Assembly: GCA_040182905.1 (NCBI GenBank) | Contig: JARQWU010000050.1 | Location: 1 to 47,940 of the forward strand | From: Barthelona sp. PAP020 | Lineage: Eukaryota | Length of the DNA stretch: 47,940 nt | Direction of reading: 5' to 3' | In this document: positions 39,674 through 47,940 of the stretch, one piece after another | Layout: each line of letters opens with the position of its first letter | Numbering within the stretch: the first letter of the stretch is position 1 | Notes under the pieces: generated by a model | What the model saw: the letters and a program-made list of their open reading frames with translations, nothing else | What the model was told of the DNA's origin: nothing | The model's database searches: none | Translations under genes and position numbers: made by a program

Positions 39674-42600
39674 TCATAATTCTTTACTAAAAGTAGATAA
39701 GGTAGAAAAGTGTGAATCAATATTGTCTTTCATTTTGACAAAAGATTCTTTTAAATGTTCTTGAAATTGGAAATCCATAGAACCATTTAGGAAAGCGTCA
39801 TTAATTTCTAACAATTTTTCAAGCAAAATTTGCAACACATACATGGCATCTCGCAATTGAAAAACATACTCCATATCCTCTGAATGCTCAATCAAATAAG
39901 CCCTTGTCATGAAAGCATCTAAAAAATTGGAAACCCCACCCAAAACTGCAGCATCAATAGTTCCGCTCAAGATTCTAAAGGCATCTTCAACATCCCATGT
40001 GTTATTGATGGTATATTCTATTAAATAATTGTGCAAACTGGATAATGTTTCATTCATAATAAACAGTGCACTTTGAATACTATTAAACTTGATTTCTTTA
40101 ATAGTATCTTTGTTCACTTTTGACACTCTTTTGAAATTTGGCAAAAATTCTTCAACACAGAAGAAAATTTGTGTTGTTTCAAAAGTTTGCCATTGAGATT
40201 CTCCTTTTTTATTTTTTTTCTCGCCTCGACTATATTTGAAACAGTTCACATGTTCATGCAAACTTTGTTCACAAGCAGATGGTAAAATGACGTTTCTCAT
40301 GTCCAAATGTTTTTCTTTCAACTTTTCAAAGTGTGATTTTGAACGATGATAATTTTCACCCCACCAAGAACTTTGAATCTTTGTTGGACATGAACACAGC
40401 CCTCCATTACACCATTTACAACTTGATACACTCATTCTAGGTACAACAGGAATATCCAACATCAATATTGGGTTTTCATAGGTTGAATTATCAACAGGTT
40501 CAATGGGTTGAACCTGAAAACTGGCTCTATTTAAATTTTTCTCATCTATTATTTCATTATGAGGAATACGATCAGCTTCAGGAAATATCTGACGGATTTC
40601 ATCAACAAATGCTAACAAACGTTCATGAGATCTGAAAACATATTCATTATTTTGCCAAATTCCAAAATAAGACCCATAAAATCTCACAAGATAATAATTT
40701 GCAAAAATACGATCAGAACCCAATTTTTCAGTCAACACTTGCATCTTCCTTGAAAGATCTCTAACTTTTGAGTACATTGAAGCATTTTGACAATGGGTTA
40801 TTAATTTTATCAGAATATCAAGACCAGTTTCATAGTATTTGTCCTTTATCAATAAATCAACTGCAACTTCCAAATGATAAAGTTTCAATTGATCTGTTGG
40901 TGCAATCCAAGACAATGAATCAGCAAAATTTAAATGTAAATTGGCGGCTTCAACAAAAAAGCCATGATCTTGATGCAACTGTGATAATATTTTCAATCGA
41001 GTTTCATACAAATTAAGATGATACAATCTTTGTACTGTATCCAACAAAGATAAGTGTTCTTCAACCAAAAAGTCATAGTGTAATGCTCTTCTGTCCAATT
41101 GTTGTAACAAATGACAAATTTGCAACATTGTTTTGGCAAACTCTTGTTTTAACTCAAAAGCACCCTCGCTTTCCAATTGTTTAGGTAAAAAAAATTCCAA
41201 AAACATTTGGAAATTTTTTTTTCGATAGTTTGGTTGAATAGCGGCGATCATGTGGAAGGAAGACCTTTGAACTTTTTTTGTATGAAGATGTTCCAAAATA
41301 ATGCAATCAACAATAATTGAGGTCAATGATTGCAAAGAAGTTTGATTGTCCAAAGCATTGATGCAATTCAAAAGATATGAAAACAACGGTTCACAAAAAA
41401 TCAGTCTGATTTTAGCAGGTAAATGCTTCCAAAATTCGCTTAACGTCTTAATAGCGAATTGCTTAAGGTTTGGATAACTTTTACTGATAGCTTGAATTTT
41501 GGATTGATTCATCTGCTTAATATCCAATTGAGGTAATGTAATAATTAATAATAATGTTCGAATTACACTATAAATGTAGAAGAAAGTATGTTCTTTTGAC
41601 ATGTTACCCAAACGTAAGGAGCCTTCACCACGAATAATATCTGCTACATCTTTATAATTAGTCTTATTGAAATCCTCTTTTGGCAGACAATGTGTGAGAA
41701 TAATTGGATGCAATTGGTTCAACATTTTGATGCTTAAATCAACGACACAATAATACATCATTGTCCAAGTTTTGGGGAAGATATTATCAAAAACAATAAT
41801 TGTGCTGAAATGAAACAAATTATCGAGTAAATCTAGATTACCATGACTGCAACTAACTTCAGCTTTCAAACAAACATTCTTAATGCCAATTATTTGGATT
41901 AATTCAATTAGTAGAATACTTAATCCACGTCTTAGTTCCAAATTATATGTGTCTTTGAATTTCTTCAAGAAGATTATGAAATAATCTTCATATAAACGCT
42001 GAATCACATATCTAGTGTCATTATTTAGGCCATCTGATTTGATCCATTCATTAGAAATATGATGTAACAATTCTAATAAGATATTGAGACATACGTTTGG
42101 TAACAATTGGTTTTCAACATCCACCATAAACTCCCAATTGCCTTTCACAGTGATGTTGGTGAAAGGCAAGTTATGAATTAAGTTATTAATTGTATAAAAG
42201 AAAGCGGGTAAGAGTTCATTGAGATTTCGTAAGAATAATGGTAATTTTGAAAATTCAAGCAAAAACACTATTATTTCTATGATATTTTCAGTCACTTTCA
42301 TGTGAATACAATTCAAAATAATTTCAGATTCAATAAAATTCCTTAACTCATCAATCAAAACTTCATTAGTGTATGGTAAATCAACCCACGATAATTTCAA
42401 AATTTTTAACAAACTTTTTAACTTTTCTGCAAAAATTTCATCATATGAGTTGTCTTCAATGCGATGTTCCATGATTAAATTCATCAAATAATATTGAAAT
42501 GGAACCATATAAAGATCTGCAAATACTTCAAAGGTCATTTTATGTTTTTGAAATATTTCAGGGTTGGATAAACCAATATCAAACATTGATTCATCACTAC

Positions 42601-45280
42601 GACTGAAATTTTTCCAATATCCATCCATTGAATGCATAATAATTTGTAATATGTATGGAAATCCTCGAATAATCTGCAAATCATTTCCAGCATCACTTTT
42701 CTTTAATCGACGCTCAAACTCTTTCAATAAAGGATACCAACAAAAAGTGTATTCAACAGAAACTTTTTCATTCAAAAAACTTGACAATAGATTGTTGTAC
42801 TTGGAATAATAACTGTCATTATAATACAAGATATCAACACACAAACGATTTAAAAGAAGATATCCAGAAGTCAATCGACTGGTTGATAAAAAATCATATT
42901 CAACCAACTGAACAATATTTTCTTTGTCATCTTTCACAGATAAAAATAATGAACGAGGAAATTCATTATCCAATACTTCAAAAAGAGATTTCAATGAAGT
43001 GCCTAAAACTTCACAGAATGACATCAAATCCGTACTTGAATTGCTTAAAATAGTAAGAGCATGATCAGTTTGATGTGCTGCCAAAGATTTCCAAAAATTT
43101 AAGTGATGTACTTCAGGATCAGAACTGAACTTTGTTGAATATACAGAAGTTCCCACCTCCATATAATAATCAGTAGCAATTTTTGTATTAACAGAAAGAC
43201 TGTGTAATGCCATCTCTCTCAAATCATCCGCCAATTTTGTTTTCTTTTCAATTTCTTCATCCAACAAAATGTTAAACTTTATCGGTTTAGAATTAACATA
43301 ACAACCATCTTGTGTGGTTAAAGGTAGACAACTATAAGCAAATGGCGTCTTAACACCTTTTGTTGAGGAAATATGACAAAACATAAATCTGACATGCAAA
43401 CCACGATTGTCAGGAGGTAATTTTACTCTAATAATTTGATTCCATTTTGGATTCATTGAATGGTAAAAGACAGGTAAACGAAGCTTTAGGACAGCTTCAG
43501 CACCAGCGGAACTAAATAAACCAAATGGTGCAACAATATCTTCATCATCATTATCTTCATCATCACAACCACTTTGATATGGAATGTCTAAAGGTGTTAA
43601 AATTCCAGGATTTTCATTTTCAGCAATTTCTACAATTGTTAAAATGTTCGGTAGAGTTCGTTTACCAACAGGTATTGGCAAATTAGCTGATGACATGTGC
43701 AAAAATACATTAGAATCATTGACGGTAGACAATCCCAAAGGTTCCACTATATAATGTTGGGTTTCTGAATAGATTTTTTTCAACTCATTTTGAAGCAAAA
43801 ACATATTAATGGTTACTCCTTTTGAAGAAAGTTTAAAGTTTGGTGGAATAAGTTCACCTTTTGCAATCATATCAAAATGACAATTGCTGAAAGAATCAAG
43901 CATTTTCAAAGAAATGATATCAAAGAATGGAACTGCTGTTTTAACGTTTCCAAAATATAAAGACTCACAAAATGAACTTATTTTCAACAATCCTAAACCT
44001 GTAGGCCATTGTAATTGATGACCATCGATCTTTTCCAATCGGTATAAACGAACAACTAAATATAACTCTTTTTCAACAATATGTGGCGGTAATTCAACAA
44101 ACAAATACGAATCTTTAGGTCTAAATGATTCTGCGCGTCCAGTATTATCAAAATTAACAACAACTGACTCAGTTAATCGTTCAGTTGAAGAACAAACAAA
44201 AAACTCACAAGAGGCTCTAGTCAATTGAGGTAATAACTCAGATTCAAGACTTTGAACAGTAAATTGCAAATGAAGTGGTTGGGCATCAATTTCGAAATCG
44301 AATGTGGAAGGCAAGTTTTTAGTTTTTAACCCACTCATTCTCGCAGTCAATGAACTGGTACCTAATTTTGATACACCAGGTAAACTATTAACCGATAATC
44401 GATTTTGTCCAAAGACAACTGTAGAACGACGATTATCAGAAATATCATTTGACAAAATAGCTGAAGGGAATGAATTAAACTTGTCTAATTCTGTTTTTTG
44501 TCCAATAGACAATCTTTGTGTCCAACGTTTAGAACCAACTTTCAATAATTCAAGATTTGTCTCTTCATTTTGCAATATTGCAACACGACTTTGAAATCTA
44601 TACAATGAATACAACTTGGAAATACTACAATTTGTGGTGTCTGCTATTTCACCTGTTGATATTCTTGCTAAAACATCAAACCCCAATAGCCTGCCTCCAC
44701 TTTCAATAACCGCCAATAAACGATTCAAAATTATTTCTCTTATTTTTCTATCAGCATCTATTGATAGAAAATGACGTCGTAATTTTATTAAATCAGCCAT
44801 GGATTTTCGACATTCAATAATATGTTGTTTTGTCTGTTGAATTATAACAGATTCACTCAAAATATCAACATTTGAATGGTGAATTAGCTTTAAAGATTCA
44901 TCCAATTCAAAACAATTATTTCTCCATTCTTGCAAAACAGAACCAGATTCACGCATAATGGGATTTTGAAATAACCCTTCATAATGTTTTTCTAACTGTT
45001 TATCAGATATTTCATACAATTTTAAACTGTCATCTTCATTTCGATTGTTAGAAACAAAAGTTGGATCACCATTCTTCAAATAATGTTTTAAAATAGAAAC
45101 AGGCATAATTCCTTCATCCATTCTATTCGTTGTTAAATGTCCAAAACCCCAGTCGCCACAAATTTCAGTAACTTCCACTTTTTCTCCAGCATTTAAACTT
45201 AATTGTTGAGGACTTCGAGCAGCAAAATCGTGGGTAACTTCATACGTTTGTTCATGTGGAATCCATCGTTGAGTAAACAT
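39674..45280 (-). CDS. DOCK-family Rho GEF (SH3 + C2/DHR-1 + DHR-2; DOCK-A/B architecture)
   Basis: SH3 VTHDFAARSPQQLSLNAGEKVEV...WGFG...GIMP; DHR-1 VFYHSMNPKWNQIIRVKLP...HVRFMFCH...FAYSCLPL; DHR-2 YYLVRFYG, EYVFR, FKYSR, LSGTIDAAVLGG. Confidence 0.93.
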   Translation of the reverse strand: MFTQRWIPHEQTYEVTHDFAARSPQQLSLNAGEKVEVTEICGDWGFGHLTTNRMDEGIMPVSILKHYLKNGDPTFVSNNRNEDDSLKLYEISDKQLEKHYEGLFQNPIMRESGSVLQEWRNNCFELDESLKLIHHSNVDILSESVIIQQTKQHIIECRKSMADLIKLRRHFLSIDADRKIREIILNRLLAVIESGGRLLGFDVLARISTGEIADTTNCSISKLYSLYRFQSRVAILQNEETNLELLKVGSKRWTQRLSIGQKTELDKFNSFPSAILSNDISDNRRSTVVFGQNRLSVNSLPGVSKLGTSSLTARMSGLKTKNLPSTFDFEIDAQPLHLQFTVQSLESELLPQLTRASCEFFVCSSTERLTESVVVNFDNTGRAESFRPKDSYLFVELPPHIVEKELYLVVRLYRLEKIDGHQLQWPTGLGLLKISSFCESLYFGNVKTAVPFFDIISLKMLDSFSNCHFDMIAKGELIPPNFKLSSKGVTINMFLLQNELKKIYSETQHYIVEPLGLSTVNDSNVFLHMSSANLPIPVGKRTLPNILTIVEIAENENPGILTPLDIPYQSGCDDEDNDDEDIVAPFGLFSSAGAEAVLKLRLPVFYHSMNPKWNQIIRVKLPPDNRGLHVRFMFCHISSTKGVKTPFAYSCLPLTTQDGCYVNSKPIKFNILLDEEIEKKTKLADDLREMALHSLSVNTKIATDYYMEVGTSVYSTKFSSDPEVHHLNFWKSLAAHQTDHALTILSNSSTDLMSFCEVLGTSLKSLFEVLDNEFPRSLFLSVKDDKENIVQLVEYDFLSTSRLTSGYLLLNRLCVDILYYNDSYYSKYNNLLSSFLNEKVSVEYTFCWYPLLKEFERRLKKSDAGNDLQIIRGFPYILQIIMHSMDGYWKNFSRSDESMFDIGLSNPEIFQKHKMTFEVFADLYMVPFQYYLMNLIMEHRIEDNSYDEIFAEKLKSLLKILKLSWVDLPYTNEVLIDELRNFIESEIILNCIHMKVTENIIEIIVFLLEFSKLPLFLRNLNELLPAFFYTINNLIHNLPFTNITVKGNWEFMVDVENQLLPNVCLNILLELLHHISNEWIKSDGLNNDTRYVIQRLYEDYFIIFLKKFKDTYNLELRRGLSILLIELIQIIGIKNVCLKAEVSCSHGNLDLLDNLFHFSTIIVFDNIFPKTWTMMYYCVVDLSIKMLNQLHPIILTHCLPKEDFNKTNYKDVADIIRGEGSLRLGNMSKEHTFFYIYSVIRTLLLIITLPQLDIKQMNQSKIQAISKSYPNLKQFAIKTLSEFWKHLPAKIRLIFCEPLFSYLLNCINALDNQTSLQSLTSIIVDCIILEHLHTKKVQRSSFHMIAAIQPNYRKKNFQMFLEFFLPKQLESEGAFELKQEFAKTMLQICHLLQQLDRRALHYDFLVEEHLSLLDTVQRLYHLNLYETRLKILSQLHQDHGFFVEAANLHLNFADSLSWIAPTDQLKLYHLEVAVDLLIKDKYYETGLDILIKLITHCQNASMYSKVRDLSRKMQVLTEKLGSDRIFANYYLVRFYGSYFGIWQNNEYVFRSHERLLAFVDEIRQIFPEADRIPHNEIIDEKNLNRASFQVQPIEPVDNSTYENPILMLDIPVVPRMSVSSCKWCNGGLCSCPTKIQSSWWGENYHRSKSHFEKLKEKHLDMRNVILPSACEQSLHEHVNCFKYSRGEKKNKKGESQWQTFETTQIFFCVEEFLPNFKRVSKVNKDTIKEIKFNSIQSALFIMNETLSSLHNYLIEYTINNTWDVEDAFRILSGTIDAAVLGGVSNFLDAFMTRAYLIEHSEDMEYVFQLRDAMYVLQILLEKLLEINDAFLNGSMDFQFQEHLKESFVKMKDNIDSHFSTLSTFSKEL

Positions 45281-45445
45281 TTGTTTTTAAATTTTTATAA
45301 TTTTTATTCACTCAGAAATGAGAAGAAACATATTATATATGAAATTGAATCAATATGTTGCAGAAATACTTTACAAATAAATCTTTAAAACAAATAAAAA
45401 TTGCAAAAATGGAAAAAAAACAATATTCTTTTTATCTTCTTTAAA

Positions 45446-46051
45446 ATGGCAAAATATCACGGTATTGATAAAATCGAATTTTCAAGTGAAAGAAGACACG
45501 AGTTTCTGGAAAAAATAGCGTTGAGAAAGAAAAAGAAACAAAAACGTGCAAAAAAAAGGATATTAGAGGAAAAAAAAATGCAAAAGAGGGAAAGAAGAAG
45601 ACAAAGAAGAGATAAAATTGCTGATTTATATCATGAAGAGATTGAAAAACTGGATGCAGAAGACAAACACAACAAAATTGATTTTGTTAATGATTTAAAT
45701 TTTAAAAAATCATTTAATAAAGAAGTAAAAGAAGAAATATTTGATGAAAATTCATCCATTTTGGATAAGCAGAAACAAAATGATGATTTATCATTGTTTA
45801 ATCAAAAAACAGAAATGTTAGAAAATGAAAATAGTGGATTTGATAAAGAAGAAATAAAATCTAGCGTTTTTAATTTATTACATGATGAAAAGATGGAACA
45901 TTATTCGTCATCTGGATCTGACAATGAATTTGAAGAGGAAATTGAGTCGGAACCTGAAATAAATGAGAAGCAGACTAAACTTGAAAGTAAAAAGAGACAT
46001 TTCAGAAATCTTTTTGTTCCAAAAACCGCAACATCAACTCCCCGTCGATAA
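45446..46051 (+). CDS. Rrp17/NOL12-like nucleolar protein
   Basis: IEFSSERRHEFLEKIALRKKKKQKRAK parallels the NOL12/Rrp17 N-terminal F.EEKRREYLTGFHKRK motif, although the TGF triplet is not conserved. First ATG at 45446. Confidence 0.65.
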   Translation: MAKYHGIDKIEFSSERRHEFLEKIALRKKKKQKRAKKRILEEKKMQKRERRRQRRDKIADLYHEEIEKLDAEDKHNKIDFVNDLNFKKSFNKEVKEEIFDENSSILDKQKQNDDLSLFNQKTEMLENENSGFDKEEIKSSVFNLLHDEKMEHYSSSGSDNEFEEEIESEPEINEKQTKLESKKRHFRNLFVPKTATSTPRR

Positions 46052-46348
46052 ATCTGAGATTTTTATAATTTTTTTCACACGATTGATATTTTTTTCTTAT
46101 GAATAAATGGGATTTTTATTCTTCCGTAATCACTCTTTTTTTTTTTTGAATGAAAATTTGGTAAATAGGCAAAAATATTGAAAAGGAAAGCTTTTACTGA
46201 AAATTTACATAACCTGAAGAATGCCAATAACAGGCCTTTTTGCATCTTTGGATAAGAATATGGTGTCAAATATATAGACTGCCAAAAAGATGAAATGATC
46301 AAAAAAGTTGAAATTTGATCATCATTTTTTCTAAAATTTTTTTCAACA

Positions 46349-47152
46349 ATGTCAAGCAATTTGGATCTTAAACAGAAGTTTAGTCTTTTAAGACAAGAGT
46401 ATGTCAAATTAAAGGGAGAATATGACGAATTATTTGAAACATATGAACAACTTCAAAAAGAAAATCAAGAATTACACAAATCTTTTGATTGTTTTAAAAT
46501 AAATTCCTCAAGTGATGAACAGAAAAAGGATATTATCAATAAAAAATTGGAAATGAAACAAGAAGAAATCAACAGATTGGTTGAAGAATTGAATGGAATT
46601 CGTATCGTTTATGAAAGTAAAACCAAAGAAAAAGTTGATTCATTGAGAGAATTTTATGATAATACAATAAAAGAACGACAAAAAAAAAGTGAAAATGATT
46701 TTGAAACACAAAAAAATAATTTAAGCGAAAAAATTCTTAATTTGGAAGAAAAGTTGTTTTTGTTACAGAATGCAGAAAAAGAAGCAGCAAAACGGACTGT
46801 TAATATTCCTTCCATTGATTTAGCAGAAGGTTTTTTGATTAAGGAAGGGTCAGTAAGAAAATCTTTGAAGAGACGTTTCTTCAGATTAGCAATTGATCGG
46901 GAAGAAAAGAGAGTCATTTTTAATTATTTTGCTGAGCCTGAAAATTCATCTCCAATTGGTTCTATTGATTTAGCTACCAGCACATTTGTTTATCAAGTTC
47001 CTGATGAAAAGCATCAACGTAAATATACTTTTGAAATTGATGTCGATACTGCTGATCCTGATTCTCGTATTTACGTATTATCTGCTGCATCATATGCAGA
47101 TTTGCAATATTGGCTTGTTATGTTGGACTTTGCTCTTGAAACTATTTCATGA
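46349..47152 (+). CDS. Coiled-coil protein with C-terminal PH domain (paralog B)
   Basis: Aligns without gaps to 11295-12101; 188/267 aa identical by manual count. Confidence 0.9.
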   Translation: MSSNLDLKQKFSLLRQEYVKLKGEYDELFETYEQLQKENQELHKSFDCFKINSSSDEQKKDIINKKLEMKQEEINRLVEELNGIRIVYESKTKEKVDSLREFYDNTIKERQKKSENDFETQKNNLSEKILNLEEKLFLLQNAEKEAAKRTVNIPSIDLAEGFLIKEGSVRKSLKRRFFRLAIDREEKRVIFNYFAEPENSSPIGSIDLATSTFVYQVPDEKHQRKYTFEIDVDTADPDSRIYVLSAASYADLQYWLVMLDFALETIS

Positions 47153-47236
47153 AATTGTATGTTTTATATGTATATTGTAAATATATTTTATTTTTCTTCT
47201 TGTACGAACCTTTTCCAGAACTTTCCCAAATTAGAG

Positions 47237-47424
47237 ACTGGGGAAACTCAGTTGATTAATAAATAATAAACCTTAAAAAAAAAATAATTTTCGGGGGGTC
47301 CAGTGTTCCTGAAAGGAACCTCTCTTTTTTGAGACCTACTCTTTTTTGGGCTTTCGTAAGAGAGCTGCGCCATATGATGAGTGTGAAATATTGCAATACT
47401 AATTGCTCAAAAGAGCTAAAAGCT
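47237..47424 (+). ncRNA. Candidate structured RNA (unassigned)
   Basis: Hairpins ACTGGG-GAAA-CTCAGT (47237-47252), GTTCC-TGAAA-GGAAC (47305-47319), GCTTTC-GTAA-GAGAGC (47350-47365) and GCTC-AAAA-GAGC (47405-47416) in a locally GC-richer intergenic stretch. Confidence 0.3.
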
Positions 47425-47787
47425 CCGATATTTTTAAAAATTTATCCTAATTTTGCAAGTTTTCATGCATTCACCGTGGCAGGTCAAAAATTTGGGGGTA
47501 AATTAAGGAAAAGTTTTGTACTTTGAGGAAAGAGGAAGAATCGGAAAATTTCGATTCGACACAAATTATGGGCTTGTGAACAACCCTTAACAGATTTCAA
47601 GCACAAGACTATCAAAACTTACATGAATCTGTTACAATTAAGATATTTTCTTGAATTCATTTTTCAATTGAAAATTGCTTTGTTTCTTTAAAACCTGAAC
47701 GAAATTAATCTTTTAAAATGGTAAAGACAATTCAAATGAAAAAATGTGAAATCAATTGTTAAGCTGAACACACATACAATACAAATA

Positions 47788-47940
47788 ATTTCCAAGCCAA
47801 GAAGCACTGTGCGAATGAGTGAATAAAAAAGAATAGTGTCTATTTGGTTAAAGGCTTTCGAGGCCCGATTGATCTGTTGAAAAACTTTAGATTTTCTAAG
47901 GTAAAGTTTAAACTTTAAAATTTTGCTTTTGCAAAAATAT
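47788..47940. repeat. Dispersed repeat family core, running off the window end
   Basis: Near-identical to 111-260 and 2996-3146, same orientation. Confidence 0.9.

Noticed and set aside
46075..46407. 110-aa minus-strand ORF and similar antisense ORFs inside larger genes
   Set aside because: F/K/I/L-biased products expected from AT-rich DNA or antisense to real genes; no domain evidence.
47221..47330. U1 snRNA (TTTCCCAAAT...GGGAAACTC resembles stem-loop 3, followed by an Sm-like site and a hairpin)
   Set aside because: No 5' ACTTAC splice-site recognition sequence or stem-loops 1/2 upstream; kept only as an unassigned RNA candidate.
47237..47385. Fragment of bacterial 16S rRNA (GGGAAAC hairpin; TGCGCCATATGATGAG)
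   Set aside because: Universal flanking motifs such as CTAATACC and GATTAG are absent and the matches are too short.
47374..47410. Minimal hammerhead ribozyme (ATGATGA...GAAA followed by palindrome TATTGCAATA)
   Set aside because: The core needs CTGANGA but has A at the first position, the base that should be U16.1 is C, and no convincing stem I forms.
1..47940. Alternative genetic code (TAA/TAG read as Gln)
   Set aside because: Conserved genes are full-length in the standard code and end at TAA, TAG or TGA where homologs end.

Overview
AT-rich, gene-dense eukaryotic (protist-like) nuclear DNA read in the standard genetic code; TAA, TAG and TGA all end long ORFs. It carries 22 supported protein genes and a divergent tRNA-Arg(ACG)/tRNA-Gly(GCC) pair. 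I found only two short spliceosomal introns, both GTAT...ACTAAC-N7-AG. Recognisable genes are PRMT5, a GST-fold protein, a kinesin-14, TMEM144-like and TMEM104 transporters, PGAP1, TEX264, DDB1, a Bet1-like Qc-SNARE, an SH3-C2-DHR2 DOCK GEF, an Rrp17/NOL12-like protein and two paralogous coiled-coil/PH proteins. The strongest unexplained signal is a 61-aa C-terminal module, 30/61 identical without gaps and followed by an acidic tail. It is fused to two unrelated repeat scaffolds: an ankyrin array with variable surface positions (1019-2509) and a WD40 propeller (35691-36896). This layout recalls ASB/WSB-type substrate receptors, but I cannot assign the box to a known family. Second, both tRNA genes carry an identical 13-nt B-box-like motif starting exactly 27 nt after the discriminator base, followed by collinear repeat arms that form a degenerate inverted repeat about 3 kb long. 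Other candidates: a dispersed/tandem repeat family flanking the ankyrin gene, a GNRA-hairpin cluster near 47.2-47.6 kb, a ubiquitin-like domain on the kinesin, and a possible degenerate bacterial-type sensor protein. All assignments were made by eye; no database searches were run.
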